Source of the DNA: Deferribacterales bacterium
Lineage (GTDB): Bacteria; Chrysiogenota; Deferribacteres; Deferribacterales; Geovibrionaceae
Direction of reading: 5' to 3'
Assembly: GCA_050251945.1 (NCBI GenBank)
Contig: JBFWLW010000005.1
Location: 160,001 to 224,000 of the forward strand
DNA length: 64,000 nucleotides
Shown: piece by piece, positions 1-12,951 of the stretch
How the letters are laid out: every line of letters starts with the position of its first letter
Position numbering within the stretch: the first letter of the stretch is position 1
Translations under genes and position numbers: made by a program
The notes under the pieces: model-generated
The model's database searches: none
Seen by the model: the letters and a program-made list of their open reading frames with translations, nothing else
Told to the model about the DNA's origin: nothing

Positions 1-2
1 GA

Positions 3-668
3 AACAATTCAGCGCTTGTTGTATTTTCGGGCGGACAGGACAGCACAACCTGTCTCGGCTGGGCTTTAAAGAGATTTGAAAAGGTACATACCATAACTTT
101 TGGCTACGGACAGAACCATTCAGTTGAACTGGTTCAGGCGGAAAAAATAGCGGAAAAAATGGGCGTGAGCCATAAACTTGTTGATATATCGTTCTTTGCA
201 GGATTAGTGGATTCCGCGCTGACAACGAAAGGCGCGGACGTTTCCGAGCGCCACCCCAGACTCAAAAAACTTCCGGCGTCATACGTTCCCAACCGTAACG
301 CGCTTTTTCTGACACTTTCACATGCCTATGCACAGCTCAAGGGGTGCGACAATCTTGTGGCAGGAGTTTGCGAAACGGATTATTCAGGTTATCCCGACTG
401 CCGCATGGTGTTTGTTCAGGCGCAGGAGAGGGCGCTTAACCTCGGAAGCGATACGGAGCTTATCATACATACTCCCCTGATGTATCTGAACAAGGCGGAA
501 ACTTTTAAACTGGCGAAGGACTGCGGAGTTCTTGATATCGTTCTTGAAGACAGCCACACATGCTATCAGGGCGACAGAAGCGAAAGACACGACTGGGGCT
601 ATGGCTGCGGTGAATGTCCCGCATGTAAACTGCGGTCGAAAGGTTATGAGGATTTTTTAAAACTCTAG
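3..668 (+). CDS. queC: 7-cyano-7-deazaguanine synthase (5' end cut by window edge)
   Basis: Frame open from base 3: SALVVFSGGQDSTT motif, YVPNRN, GYPDCR, C-terminal CY..GCGECPAC Zn motif. Confidence 0.95.
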   Translation, partial: NNSALVVFSGGQDSTTCLGWALKRFEKVHTITFGYGQNHSVELVQAEKIAEKMGVSHKLVDISFFAGLVDSALTTKGADVSERHPRLKKLPASYVPNRNALFLTLSHAYAQLKGCDNLVAGVCETDYSGYPDCRMVFVQAQERALNLGSDTELIIHTPLMYLNKAETFKLAKDCGVLDIVLEDSHTCYQGDRSERHDWGYGCGECPACKLRSKGYEDFLKL

Positions 669-836
669 AGCATTTAAGGAAATGGATGTCATATGCCGTG
701 CAATAAGATAAATGCGAGATCGCGTCGTCGCTGTGCTCCTCGCGAAGACGGGCTTTCTATTCGTCTTTGCGAACCCCTTTAGGGGTGAAGCAATCTCGTC
801 TTTCGGTATAAGATATAACTTACGTTAAGTGCTCTG
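666..836. mobile_element. MITE-like wrapper type 2 (TAGAGCA...TGCTCT ends) containing an inverted REP pair
   Basis: AGAGCATTTAA (667-677) / TTAAGTGCTCT (825-835) inverted ends; REP units at 716-749 and 763-797; same architecture at 40604-40863. Confidence 0.6.
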
Positions 837-855
837 GGTTGTGGAGAGCAATCTC

Positions 856-2559
856 TCACCTTCTTACATTCTCTATTAGAACGCGGAGACTGGAAAGAAA
901 CTGTGCGAAATTCTTTGAATCCACAAGTACGGAGGATGCGTCGGGCTGGTTGAACGTTTTTGCTATTTCTGCGAAGAGGTTCAGAAGAAGTGCGTTTTCG
1001 CTTTCAGGTACCAGTATGACTATTATTACCTGCGCGAATGTACCGTCGGACGAGTCGAAATTTATGCCGCCGCGTGATATGCCGACGGCTATGACTGGAT
1101 GTTTCAAGCCCTTAACCCTTGCATGAGGAACCGCAACGCCGTTTGAAAGCCCTGTTGGCATAAGCTTTTCGCGCTCTATCAGCGTTTCTTTTATCACGTT
1201 TACGTCAAGACCTGTCCTTCGGAAAAGGACGCTCAGCTCTTCAATGACCTCTATCGGTGTTCGTGCCGAAACGTTGCTGATGAAGTATTTATCCGAAAGG
1301 TATGAAACGAACCTTCTGCCCGGTTTAAGCTGCAGAACCCTTTTGATCACCGGACCGCAGAAGAGCGATGTCGCAAGAGCCATCACCAGAAGCGACACGA
1401 ATAGCTTTTCGTCTATAACGCCCATCTGCAATGCGAGCAGTGCAAGGATTATTTCCATTGCTCCGCGCGCGTTCAGCGCAACGCCTATCGCAATGGACTC
1501 CCTGTTTGAAAGTCCGCTCAGTTTCGCGGTTATGCCGCTTCCGAATATTTTGCCGGCAAAAGCTATGGCTATGATTATCATTGTGAGTACGAAATCGAAA
1601 TTGGCGGTGATGTTCACCTTAAGCCCGATGCTGGCGAAGAAAAGGGGTGCGAACACGAAAGACACAAGCTGTGTGATGGTCTTTCTGGTGTGTTCTGAAA
1701 GGTGTTTGCTGTCGCCCAGTGCAACGCCGGCGAGAAACGAACCGAATATTGCGTGTATGCCTATGACCTCTGCCGCGGCGGCGCTAAAAAATGTCACCAC
1801 CAGCACGAAGCCGAGAGTTCCGGCAGGCCAGCTGAGATATGCCTGAACCCATGTCAGCGCTTTATCTATTATCTTCCGACCGATTGTGAGCATCGCGGCA
1901 GAGAAGAGTATCGTCATAACCAGTGTGGCGACAATTCCCGATGCTCCGGTATGCCCTATGCCGAACAGAGCGAGGATGACCGCGAACACAAGCCAGCCGA
2001 TAAGGTCGTTCAGAACGGCGGCGGCTATGGTTATCATGCCCAGCTCGCTTCTGTAAAGGTTCAGATCCATAAGTGTTCTTGCTATTACAGGCAGGGCGGA
2101 TATGGACATTGCAGTCGCGATGAAAAGCGCAAAGATGGTGTCGTAATGCCCTACGGCGGCTCCGAACTGTTCGGGGAACATGTATGCCGCGCCGAATCCG
2201 GCTATGAAGGGGACTATGAGACCGCCTATGCCTGTTATGGCGGCGATGCGTCTTGCTTTTATGATGGCGGCGAACTCCACCTCCATTCCGGCGACCAGCA
2301 GGAAAAGTGCGATTGATACGGAGGTGATGCCCTCAATCATGGACGCTGTGTGTCCCTCTGCGGGAAACATCCAATGGAGCATGTCGGGAGAGATATAACC
2401 GAAGACGGTTGGACCCAGAACAAGCCCCGCGATGATCTCGCCAAGAACGGCAGGCTGATTCAGGCGGCGGGCGATTTCGCCGAAACTCCATGCGAAAAAC
2501 AGAAGCACGCCAATTGACAGAAATAACGGTGCGGCAACTTCGGCTGAACCTTCCATCAC
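856..2559 (-). CDS. Cation:proton antiporter (CPA2) fused to C-terminal PTS EIIA domain
   Basis: Many TM helices, GEIIAGLVLGP and LNDL antiporter motifs; C-terminal TGLSNGVAVPHAR EIIA phospho-His motif. Confidence 0.85.
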   Translation of the reverse strand: MMEGSAEVAAPLFLSIGVLLFFAWSFGEIARRLNQPAVLGEIIAGLVLGPTVFGYISPDMLHWMFPAEGHTASMIEGITSVSIALFLLVAGMEVEFAAIIKARRIAAITGIGGLIVPFIAGFGAAYMFPEQFGAAVGHYDTIFALFIATAMSISALPVIARTLMDLNLYRSELGMITIAAAVLNDLIGWLVFAVILALFGIGHTGASGIVATLVMTILFSAAMLTIGRKIIDKALTWVQAYLSWPAGTLGFVLVVTFFSAAAAEVIGIHAIFGSFLAGVALGDSKHLSEHTRKTITQLVSFVFAPLFFASIGLKVNITANFDFVLTMIIIAIAFAGKIFGSGITAKLSGLSNRESIAIGVALNARGAMEIILALLALQMGVIDEKLFVSLLVMALATSLFCGPVIKRVLQLKPGRRFVSYLSDKYFISNVSARTPIEVIEELSVLFRRTGLDVNVIKETLIEREKLMPTGLSNGVAVPHARVKGLKHPVIAVGISRGGINFDSSDGTFAQVIIVILVPESENALLLNLFAEIAKTFNQPDASSVLVDSKNFAQFLSSLRVLIENVRR

Positions 2560-2617
2560 AACCTCTTTTTAAAAGTCACAGGATTATGGCGTAATCGGTT
2601 TAATTTTGCAACTGATT

Positions 2618-3376
2618 CTATTGTCCCGCGGGTTTGCGGATGAGTATCTCGACACGTCTGTTCTGCTCGCGGTCGCTCTCGGTTATGTTAGGCACCACAG
2701 GCTGATACTGACCGTATGCCACTGCGCTGAAACGTTCGGGGCTGAGTGCCGGATTTTTCAGTATCTCTTTCATAAAGTTTATGGCGCGTTCGGAGGACAG
2801 CTCCCAGTTTGATGTAAATTCGCTGCCTTCCGACGGGTTATCGTCGGTATGACCCGCTACCTGTACCTTTTCCTGCGTTTTTTCAAGTATGATGGACAGG
2901 TCATAAGCTATCTTCTGCGCCTGCGGGATCAGCTCGGCACTGCCGGACCGGAACAGTGCGACGTCTTTTATGGTAAGCATAAGCCCTTCGTCGGTCATGG
3001 ATGTGACCATATAGCCGGGCAGGTTCTCCATAGTGATATACTGGTTTAGCTTGTGCTGTACGGACGAAAGCTCACCGTTCTTGTTGGGGATCAGCTGCTT
3101 GGAGACCTCGCCCTGATCGCTTGTCTTTTCGTTGTTGTCGGTTGAGTGCTTTTCGTTGGAGGGCTGTATGGAAGCGTCACCCATCACCCCTTTCTGAGAG
3201 GTGAAGATGATGCTGAACACCTTGCTCATCTCCTGAAGTTTCACTTTGTCCACCTGACTTGTGGCGAAAAGAACTATGAACAGCGCCAGAAGCAGGGTCA
3301 GAAGGTCGGCATAGGGTATAAGCCACGTTTCGTCGGCATGTTCCTCATGTTTGGGGCAGCGTTTTTTCCTTGCCAT
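2618..3376 (-). CDS. motB: Flagellar motor stator protein MotB
   Basis: WLIPYADLLTLLLALFIVLFA TM segment, OmpA-like GHTD/NWELS/NRRVEI domain. Confidence 0.93.
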   Translation of the reverse strand: MARKKRCPKHEEHADETWLIPYADLLTLLLALFIVLFATSQVDKVKLQEMSKVFSIIFTSQKGVMGDASIQPSNEKHSTDNNEKTSDQGEVSKQLIPNKNGELSSVQHKLNQYITMENLPGYMVTSMTDEGLMLTIKDVALFRSGSAELIPQAQKIAYDLSIILEKTQEKVQVAGHTDDNPSEGSEFTSNWELSSERAINFMKEILKNPALSPERFSAVAYGQYQPVVPNITESDREQNRRVEILIRKPAGQ

Positions 3377-3377
3377 A

Positions 3378-4148
3378 TTATATTTCCGGTATTTTTCTTT
3401 CGTGCGCCTGAAGGAACACTGAAAGTTTATCCTGCATTGTTGATACTGAATCTCCTGCCTGAAGGGACATTATGCCCGCGAAGACTATCTTTTTGAGTTC
3501 CGCCTCGTGGTGGGACATCCTTTTAAGTTTGTTGCAGAAAGGGTTGCAGATAACGTAGCCGACGAAGATACCTAGCAGGGTGGCTATGAACGCCGCAGCG
3601 ATGGAGTGACCGAGTTTTTCAATGTCGTTCAGATTTCCCAGAGCCGCTATCAGACCGACGACCGCACCGAGAACGCCCAGTGTAGGGGCATATCCTCCCG
3701 CCTGTGAAAATATGGATGCAAAACCGTGGTGGCGTTCCTCCATAAGAGCGATGTCCTGATCCAGAACGGTTTCGACAAAATCAGGTTCGCGCCCGTCAAT
3801 GATCATCATCAGCCCTTTTTTTATGAACAGATCCTGCATCTCCGCCGCATGGGGTTCAAGGGCGAGCAGCCCGTCGCGTCTGGCTATTGATGCGTAATGG
3901 AGAAACATCTCAATCACTTCCTCCTCTTTCATTAGTTTCTGACCAAGAAATATTTTGCCGAGAAGTTTCGGAAATGCTTTCAGATCTCGCAGTGGAAAGG
4001 CGTTCAAAATTGCGGCGGCTGTTCCGCCGATGATGATGAGATATGCCGCGGGTACGAGAAGCGCATGCATGGCAACGCCCTTCATTACCATTCCTACGCC
4101 AAGCGCAACGAAGGCAACGATGAGACCGATGATAGTTGAAGGTTCCAT
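3378..4148 (-). CDS. motA: Flagellar motor stator protein MotA
   Basis: ARRDGLLALE, YAPTLGVLGAVVGL, AFIATLLG motifs; adjacent to motB. Confidence 0.93.
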   Translation of the reverse strand: MEPSTIIGLIVAFVALGVGMVMKGVAMHALLVPAAYLIIIGGTAAAILNAFPLRDLKAFPKLLGKIFLGQKLMKEEEVIEMFLHYASIARRDGLLALEPHAAEMQDLFIKKGLMMIIDGREPDFVETVLDQDIALMEERHHGFASIFSQAGGYAPTLGVLGAVVGLIAALGNLNDIEKLGHSIAAAFIATLLGIFVGYVICNPFCNKLKRMSHHEAELKKIVFAGIMSLQAGDSVSTMQDKLSVFLQAHERKIPEI

Positions 4149-4246
4149 TTTTATATGACCTCAGTTGAGATTATGTCATATTTATACACTTGAATATGTA
4201 ATGTGCAAGAGAGATTTTTTATTTTATATAAGTAATATACGCCGTT

Positions 4247-6112
<1,866 letters not shown>

Positions 6113-6210
6113 ATTATTCCTTCAAATGGTTTTTAACGATGATAGCAAAGTGGACAGAGTAAAGGGAAGGGGAAATTATGTATAAAAATGAGATTTCAGG
6201 ATGAAATCCG

Positions 6211-6395
6211 CGGAGTGATGACAAAGTCAGTAAAATGCGGGATTGCGTCGTCGATTTATTCGATAAATAGTTTAAAGTGGACTCATTCAGCCTTCGGCTA
6301 GTGCTCCTCGCGAAGACAAAAAAACGTCTCTGCGAGGGTTTTAACCCGAAGCAGTCTAATGTGAGTCTGTGTAAATTTAGTTTGTCAACAACCTG
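6211..6395 (+). mobile_element. MITE wrapper type 1 (IS1182-like ends) with 20-bp hairpin target duplication and internal REP pair
   Basis: Ends CGGAGTGATGACAAA / TTTGTCAACAACCTG; flanked by perfect direct repeat AGATTTCAGGATGAAATCCG (6191-6210, 6396-6415); near-identical inverted copy at 57463-57603. Confidence 0.8.
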
Positions 6396-6440
6396 AGATT
6401 TCAGGATGAAATCCGCGAAGAAAAAATTATGTATAAAAAT

Positions 6441-6513
6441 GAGACTGCCGCGGGCTTCGCCCTCGCAGAGACGCAAAATGTCTTCGCGAGGAGCGCAGCG
6501 ACGCGGCGATCTC
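6441..6513. repeat. Inverted pair of GTC-tagged REP-like hairpins
   Basis: GAGACTGCCGCGGGCTTCGCCCTCGCAGAGAC (6441-6472) and GTCTTCGCGAGGAGCGCAGCGACGCGGCGATCTC (6480-6513). Confidence 0.85.
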
Positions 6514-6524
6514 ACTGAAATCTG

Positions 6525-7919
6525 TTATTTCTGCCCGCCGCCAAGTGCCTTGTAAAGGTTGATCCGGCTGGTTATATCAGCCTCCTTCACAGATACAAGT
6601 GCGATCTGTGCATTGAACAGTGACTGTTGTGCTTCAAGTACGGCAAGGTAGCTGTCCACACCTTTTTCATAACGCAGGAACGAAAGCTCATAGGAGCGTT
6701 TTGCCGCTGCCGTCTGCGCTTTCTGCGCGTCGAACTGTTTACCGTAGGTAGCCTTTGCGGAAAGTCCGTCCATAACCTCTTTGAAAGCGGTCTGAATGGC
6801 AAGTTCATATTCTGCCGCAGCTATCTTCTGGTTGTTGTTTGCGTTTTCCAGATTCACCTTGTTTTTGCCTGCATCAAAGATCGGCAGGTCTATTTTCGGA
6901 GCGAAACTCCATGCAAAGGTGGAACCGGATGAGAACAGGTCGCCAAGCTCGCTGCTTGCCACACCGAAATAGCCTGTAAGTGAGACAGAGGGGAAGAATG
7001 CCGCTCTTGCCGCGCCTATATTGGCGTTATACGATATGAGATTCTGTTCGCTCTGGCGCACGTCGGGTCTGTTCAGCAGAACGTCGGAAGGCATGCCCAC
7101 CGGAAGTTCCTTTATGAACTCGACGTTGTCCATGTCCTCTTTAAGGAGCGATCCGTCAAGGTCTGCGCCTGCAAGGAGTACGAGAGCGTTCTTATCCTGC
7201 TCTTTTGCCCTTGTATACTGCTGAATGGATGCTTTTGCCGCCTCAACGGATGACACTGCCTGAACGAGGTCAAGCTCGGTGCGGACACCGGCGTCATATC
7301 CTCTTTTCACGAGGGCGTAAGAATCCTGATTTGATTTCAGCGTATCCTGAGAGATTTCCAACATTCTGGAATCCGCCAGATAGGTTATGTATGCGTTGGC
7401 TGTTTCAGCTATAAGCGAAGTCTGAGCCGCTGTTCTTGCCTCTTCGGTTGCCATGTACTGGCGCAGAGCAGCTTCGTTAAGGCTTCTGACCTTGCCGAAG
7501 AAGTCAATCTCGTAAGAGGTGTTCACGTTGGCGGAGAACGACGAGCTTGTGACAGATCGTCCCGTTGAGCTTGCGTTTTCCGGTACAGCGGCTCTTGAGC
7601 CTTCAGCCGTAAGGTTTACAGACGGAAGAAGGTCAGCTTTCTGTATCCTGTACGCTGCTCTTGCCTTTTCAATGTTCAGAGCGGCAACGCGCAGGTCTCT
7701 GTTGTTATCCAGAGCGGTCTGTATGACCTTCTGCATGTTTTCTGAGCGGAAATATTCTTTCCATGCGATGTCTGCCGCTTTTTGCTCTGAAACTTCGGTC
7801 TTGGTGTCGCCCCACTGGTTTGAAACCGGCATGTCGGGGCGTTTGTATTCCGGAGCCATGGTGGCGCACCCTGCCATGAGGGTGACCGCCGCCGCAGTTA
7901 TTACGATTTTATTTAACAT
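6525..7919 (-). CDS. RND efflux outer-membrane lipoprotein (OprM/NodT family)
   Basis: Lipobox [24 protein letters not shown]-terminus; start set at the ATG following GGGAG. Confidence 0.92.
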   Translation of the reverse strand: MLNKIVITAAAVTLMAGCATMAPEYKRPDMPVSNQWGDTKTEVSEQKAADIAWKEYFRSENMQKVIQTALDNNRDLRVAALNIEKARAAYRIQKADLLPSVNLTAEGSRAAVPENASSTGRSVTSSSFSANVNTSYEIDFFGKVRSLNEAALRQYMATEEARTAAQTSLIAETANAYITYLADSRMLEISQDTLKSNQDSYALVKRGYDAGVRTELDLVQAVSSVEAAKASIQQYTRAKEQDKNALVLLAGADLDGSLLKEDMDNVEFIKELPVGMPSDVLLNRPDVRQSEQNLISYNANIGAARAAFFPSVSLTGYFGVASSELGDLFSSGSTFAWSFAPKIDLPIFDAGKNKVNLENANNNQKIAAAEYELAIQTAFKEVMDGLSAKATYGKQFDAQKAQTAAAKRSYELSFLRYEKGVDSYLAVLEAQQSLFNAQIALVSVKEADITSRINLYKALGGGQK

Positions 7920-10900
7920 TGTCAATCTCCCTGCGTATGATCTTTCTGCCGAATTTTCCTCTGATCATAATGAAGAACATGGGCACGAATATCATTGCGA
8001 GGAACGTTGCCGCTATCATACCGCCGATAACACCTATACCGATTGCGTTCTGGCTCGCAGAGCCTGCGCCGTTTGAAATGGCAAGGGGTGTAACACCGAG
8101 GATAAACGCCAGTGACGTCATTACGATGGGACGCAGCCTCATTTTTGATGCGTGCATTGCCGATTCTATAAGATCCATTCCGTGGTCATAAAGTTCGCTC
8201 GCAAACTCAACGATAAGAATGGCGTTCTTCGCCGCAAGACCGATGGTGGTAAGCATACCCACCTGGAAGTATACGTCGTTTGACATTCCGAAGAATTTTG
8301 TCGCAGCGACCGTACCGAAGATACCCATGGGAACGATAAGGATTACCGCGAAAGGCACAGCCCAGCTTTCATACAGTGCCGCCAGACAGAGGAACACTAT
8401 AAGAAGCGAGAGAGAATACAGAAGCATGGTCTGTGAACCCGCCTGAATCTCTTCATATGAGAGTCCCGTCCATTCAAAACCTATACCTCTCGGCAGTTTC
8501 TGCGCAAAGCCTTCCATGATGGACATCGCTTCGCCGGAGCTGACACCCTGTGCCGCCTGTCCCATTATCTCCTGAGAAGACGTACCGTTATACCTTTCCA
8601 GTTTAGGTGATCCGTATGTCCAGTGCGCTGTGGCAAAGGACGAGAACGGAACCATCTGCCCGCTGCTGTTCTTGATATACCATTTGCTTATGTCATCGGG
8701 TTTCATACGGGATGTTGCGTCACCCTGAATGTAGACCTTTTTGATACGTCCTTCGTGGAGGAAGTCGTTTATGTATGACGAACCCCACGCTGACTGGAGT
8801 GTACTGTTAATATCCGATATGGAGAGACCGAGAGCCGATGCTTTTTCATGGTCTATGTCCACTTTATACATAGGAACGTCGGACAGACCGTTGGGACGCA
8901 CGCCCGAAAGTCTTTTATCCTGTGAAGCCATTCCCAGCATCTGGTTTCTGGCGTTCATCAGTGTTTCGTGTCCGAGGTTTGCTCTGTCGACAAGCTGCAT
9001 ATCGAAACCGGTTGCGTTGCCCAGCTCGATGATTGGGGGCGGGAAGAATGCGAACACCATTGCGTCCTTAATGGGGTACAATGCTCCCATTGCGCGTTGA
9101 GCAATGGCTGCCGCTTTCTGGTCGGGTCTTTTTCTTTCAGACCAGTCTTTCAGCCTTACAAAGCCGAGACCCGAGTTCTGTCCGCGTCCGGCAAAGCTGA
9201 AGCCTACAATTGTGAAAACGGCTTCAACGTTATCTTTTTCAGCAGTCATGAAGTAGTCTTCGACTTTTTTCATTGTTTCTCTTGTTCTTTCCTGCGTTGA
9301 TCCGGGAGGTGTTGAAACCTGTACGAATACGACACCCTGATCCTCGTCGGGGAGGAAAGAAGTGGGGATATGCATGAACAGATAGACCAGACCGCCTATT
9401 ATAAGACCGTAAAGGATGAGGAAACGTCCAACCTTTCCGGCAACGTAGCCTACGCTGGTTTCATACATATCGCGGCTTGCGTTGAACATTCTGTTGAACC
9501 AGCCGAAAAAGCCTGTCATGTGTTCCTTATGCCCTTTTTCAACAGGTTTGAGCATTGTGGCACAGAGCGCCGGAGTCAGTATCAGTGCAATCAGTACCGA
9601 CAGAGCCATCGCCGAAACAATGGTGATGGAGAACTGACGGTAGATGGCTCCTGTTGAGCCTGCAAAGAATGCCATGGGAACGAACACAGCGGAGAGAACC
9701 AGAGCGATACCGACAAGTGCGGATGTGATCTGATCCATTGATTTGCGCGTAGCATCTCTTGGACTCAGTCCTTCCTCACTCATGATACGTTCAACGTTCT
9801 CGACAACGACAATGGCGTCGTCCACCAGCAGACCGATGGCAAGTACCATCGCAAACATCGTAAGGGTGTTTATGGTGAACCCGAATGCCGAAAGTACAGC
9901 AAACGTACCCAGAAGAACAACGGGAACCGCAATCGTCGGGATCAGGGTAGCCCTGAAGTTCTGAAGGAACAGGAACATTACGAAGAACACCAGAATGATG
10001 GCTTCTATCAGTGTCTTAACAACCTCGTGAATAGAAAGCTCAACAAAAGGCGTTGAGTCATAAGGGTAGACAACCTCAAGACCTTCCGGCATGAAGGCTG
10101 AAAGTTCATTTATTTTAGCTTTAACAAGTCTTGCAGTTTCAAGGGCGTTGGCTCCCGTGGCAAGGCTCACAGCCATACCGGTGGCGGGCATCCCTTTGTA
10201 TTTTGTCAAAAAGTCATAGCTTTGTACGCCGAGTTCAATTCTCGCAACGTCTTTCAGACGAACCTGTGAGCCGTCGGTATTGACCTTAACGAGTATCTTT
10301 TCAAAATCCGCAACCGTTTTCAGTTTGGACTGAGCCGTAACTGTGGCGTTAAGCTGCTGACCTTTAACAGAGGGGGTACCGCCGAGCTGACCCGCGGAAA
10401 CGTCCGCGTTCTGCGCTTCAATAGCTGAAGATATGTCCGATACGGACAGCTTGTAGTTGTTCAGCTTGCTTGGGTCGAGCCAGATACGCATTGCATACTG
10501 CTGACCGAAGACCGTAAGGGTACCGACGCCCGGAACACGGCTTACGGGATCCGCAACCTTAGAGTTCAGGTAGTCACCGATGGCGTTCTGATCTATCTTT
10601 CCGTCTTTGGAATAGAAACCTGCGACCAGAAGGAAACCTTTTGATGCTTTGGTGACCGTTACTCCCTGTTCCTGAACTTCCTGCGGCAGTGTGGACATGG
10701 CGCTTTGCAGTTTATTCTGTACCTGAACCTGCGCGATATCGGGGTCTGCCTCCGGCTCGAACGTCAGCGTAATTGTAACGTTACCTGTGGAGTCACTGGC
10801 AGATGAGAAATAACGCAGATAGTCGATACCTGTCATTTTCTGTTCGATGACCTGTGTGACACTGTTTTCCAAAGCCTCTGCGGATGCGCCGGGATAATAG

Positions 10901-11040
10901 GCGCGTATCTCGACAGAAGGCGGTGCTATGCGGGGATACTGCTCAACGGGCAGCGTTTCAATCGCCAGAATACCCCCAAGCATAATTACGATAGCTATCA
11001 CCCATGCAAAGACTGGGCGGTCTATGAAGAATCTTGACAT
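7909..11040 (-). CDS. acrB: RND efflux inner-membrane transporter (AcrB/MexB family)
   Basis: [53 protein letters not shown] motifs; 1043 aa. Confidence 0.95.
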   Translation of the reverse strand: MSRFFIDRPVFAWVIAIVIMLGGILAIETLPVEQYPRIAPPSVEIRAYYPGASAEALENSVTQVIEQKMTGIDYLRYFSSASDSTGNVTITLTFEPEADPDIAQVQVQNKLQSAMSTLPQEVQEQGVTVTKASKGFLLVAGFYSKDGKIDQNAIGDYLNSKVADPVSRVPGVGTLTVFGQQYAMRIWLDPSKLNNYKLSVSDISSAIEAQNADVSAGQLGGTPSVKGQQLNATVTAQSKLKTVADFEKILVKVNTDGSQVRLKDVARIELGVQSYDFLTKYKGMPATGMAVSLATGANALETARLVKAKINELSAFMPEGLEVVYPYDSTPFVELSIHEVVKTLIEAIILVFFVMFLFLQNFRATLIPTIAVPVVLLGTFAVLSAFGFTINTLTMFAMVLAIGLLVDDAIVVVENVERIMSEEGLSPRDATRKSMDQITSALVGIALVLSAVFVPMAFFAGSTGAIYRQFSITIVSAMALSVLIALILTPALCATMLKPVEKGHKEHMTGFFGWFNRMFNASRDMYETSVGYVAGKVGRFLILYGLIIGGLVYLFMHIPTSFLPDEDQGVVFVQVSTPPGSTQERTRETMKKVEDYFMTAEKDNVEAVFTIVGFSFAGRGQNSGLGFVRLKDWSERKRPDQKAAAIAQRAMGALYPIKDAMVFAFFPPPIIELGNATGFDMQLVDRANLGHETLMNARNQMLGMASQDKRLSGVRPNGLSDVPMYKVDIDHEKASALGLSISDINSTLQSAWGSSYINDFLHEGRIKKVYIQGDATSRMKPDDISKWYIKNSSGQMVPFSSFATAHWTYGSPKLERYNGTSSQEIMGQAAQGVSSGEAMSIMEGFAQKLPRGIGFEWTGLSYEEIQAGSQTMLLYSLSLLIVFLCLAALYESWAVPFAVILIVPMGIFGTVAATKFFGMSNDVYFQVGMLTTIGLAAKNAILIVEFASELYDHGMDLIESAMHASKMRLRPIVMTSLAFILGVTPLAISNGAGSASQNAIGIGVIGGMIAATFLAMIFVPMFFIMIRGKFGRKIIRREIDNVK

Positions 11041-11051
11041 CTATTTAATCC

Positions 11052-12179
11052 TTACTTCTTTTCATAGGGAACGGTTTTAACGGTTGCTCCGGCCTGAACT
11101 TTCATAAGTCCTTCCACCATTACAACGTCTCCCGCCGCAACACCGCTGTCAACCAGCCATTTGTCGCCCACAACGGAAGAAACTTTAACAGGTGCAGGAT
11201 TCACCACACCGTTCTTGTCAACCTTGAAAATGATGGTGCTGCCGTCGGCGTTTCTTATAACTGCCTGCTGGGGGATAAGTATTGCGTTATCAACCTTTGA
11301 CTGTACCAGTTTCGCATGTACGAAAAGTCCGGGGAGTATATCCATTTCCGGATTATCGAATATTGCGCGCAGTTGCACCATTCCTGTTGTTTCGTCAACG
11401 GTAACGTCGGAGAACTGAAGGTGTCCGAGAAGTCTGAACGTCTGTCCGCTCTCAAATATCAGCTCAACCTGAGGCTTGCTTCCAAGGGTGTTTTTAAGGT
11501 TCATGACCTCTTCTGCAGACTGCGTAAGATCAACATAAACTCTGTCGAGCTGCTGAACGGTTGCAAGTGCAGTTTCCTGATTAGCTGTTACAAGAGCACC
11601 TTCGGTGACGGACGATTTACCTATGCGTCCGGAAACGGGTGAAAGCACTTTTGTATATTTAAGGTCTATCTGCGCCTGTGTAACGGCTGCCTTTGCAACG
11701 GCGATATCCGCCTTTGCCTGAGCCAGAGACGCTGTTGCGTCGTCATAGTCCTGTTTGCTCACAGCACCCGCTTTAACGAGTTCTGCGTATCTTTCAGCTT
11801 TCGCCTGAACAGACATAATGTTCGCTTCCGTTTTCTGCAGAGCGGCAACGGCGCTGTCATATGCCGCCTGATAAGGTGCGGGGTCTATCTGATAAAGCTG
11901 TTGTCCCTCTTTAACGTTGCCCCCTTCTGTGAACAGTCTTTTGATTATGATCCCTGATACCTGCGGGCGTATCTGTGCAACGCGGTATGCTGATGTCCTT
12001 CCCGGAAGCTCTTTGCTAACGGCGACTGTTTCAGGTGTTGCCGTTACAACGCTTATTTCTGTCGGGGGCATTGCTCCTGCCTGACCCTGCTGTCCGGCAG
12101 GTTTTTTTGTCATCCAGTACGCAGCGGCAATAACAACGATAGCCAATGCGGCAACGGCGAATAATACCTTGTTTTTCAT
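11052..12179 (-). CDS. acrA: RND efflux periplasmic adaptor (AcrA/MexA family)
   Basis: IRPQVSG, LYQIDP, SPVSGRIG, VDETTG motifs; start at ATG after GAGG. Confidence 0.92.
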   Translation of the reverse strand: MKNKVLFAVAALAIVVIAAAYWMTKKPAGQQGQAGAMPPTEISVVTATPETVAVSKELPGRTSAYRVAQIRPQVSGIIIKRLFTEGGNVKEGQQLYQIDPAPYQAAYDSAVAALQKTEANIMSVQAKAERYAELVKAGAVSKQDYDDATASLAQAKADIAVAKAAVTQAQIDLKYTKVLSPVSGRIGKSSVTEGALVTANQETALATVQQLDRVYVDLTQSAEEVMNLKNTLGSKPQVELIFESGQTFRLLGHLQFSDVTVDETTGMVQLRAIFDNPEMDILPGLFVHAKLVQSKVDNAILIPQQAVIRNADGSTIIFKVDKNGVVNPAPVKVSSVVGDKWLVDSGVAAGDVVMVEGLMKVQAGATVKTVPYEKK

Positions 12180-12203
12180 CGCTTTTTTCCTCAAAAATCA
12201 GAT

Positions 12204-12791
12204 TTATTCTACAATCAGGAGCTTTTTAAGCAGCCTGATAACGTCCTCTTTCTTCTTTTCCATGTCATAGTTTTCTATACCCTGACACATTACAGACCTG
12301 AAAGTGCCCATAATAGTTCCCCATATCATTTCCGCAAGAACAATCGGGTCGGCGTCAACTATCTGCCCCATGTCAATTCCCCGCTTTATGGTTTTTGCAA
12401 GCGGGTCAATGATTATTTCGTTCTTTTCGATGATATCTTCCTCCACAGTGCGGTATTTCTGCATGAACATGTAATATTTGTTCACGCGGTCAAACGCCTG
12501 AAAAGTGTAATCCAGAAATTCGCAGAGACTGTCCATAGGGTCTCTGTCCTCCCTGAACAGACGCATTTTTTCCTCTGTGAAGGGGCCTATGAATTCATTA
12601 TGAACATAATGGAAAAGCTCCTCCTTATTGGCAAAATAATTGTAAAGAGTTCCCTTTGCCACACCGGAGTGCTTTGCCACCACTTCCATTGTAATGGGCG
12701 CGTCTTTGTCGATGAGAGACAGCACGGCCGAAACTATCTCCTTTTTCATCATCTCGTCCATCATCTTTTTTTTCTTTGAAATGGTATTCAC
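12204..12791 (-). CDS. TetR/AcrR family transcriptional regulator
   Basis: HTH TMEVVAKHSGVAKGTLYNYFANKEELF; first gene of efflux operon; GTG start after GGAG inferred. Confidence 0.9.
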   Translation of the reverse strand: MNTISKKKKMMDEMMKKEIVSAVLSLIDKDAPITMEVVAKHSGVAKGTLYNYFANKEELFHYVHNEFIGPFTEEKMRLFREDRDPMDSLCEFLDYTFQAFDRVNKYYMFMQKYRTVEEDIIEKNEIIIDPLAKTIKRGIDMGQIVDADPIVLAEMIWGTIMGTFRSVMCQGIENYDMEKKKEDVIRLLKKLLIVE

Positions 12792-12830
12792 TTTTTCTCC
12801 GTTAAACAATTGTTTGGGATTAATTGGTCA

Positions 12831-12859
12831 ACAATATGACCGAACGGTCATTTAGTCAA
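12831..12859 (-). promoter_or_regulatory. Sigma70 promoter with a TetR-type operator in its spacer
   Basis: Minus strand TTGACT-17-TATTGT; perfect palindrome ATGACCG-AA-CGGTCAT at 12836-12851. Confidence 0.75.
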
Positions 12860-12951
12860 TACATAACTTTGTGTATTTTTGTCTGGAATCTTATTTACAT
12901 TGATAATTAAGAAAAATAATTTATAATGACTAAAAAAACAGGAGAAAACCT

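Noticed and set aside
2592..2620. Sigma28-like -10 (ACCGATTA) upstream of the antiporter
   Set aside because: No TAAA-like -35 at 15-nt spacing
6173..6444. Possible CRISPR array from direct repeats (AAATTATGTATAAAAATGAGA x2; AGATTTCAGGATGAAATCCG x2)
   Set aside because: Only two copies each, irregular spacing, no cas genes; explained by target duplication and local tandem duplication
6114..6515. 133-aa ORF on the minus strand, and similar ORFs at 25320-25526, 40584-40814 and 28625-29044
   Set aside because: They are translations of REP/MITE DNA or antisense to real genes; no RBS or protein motifs
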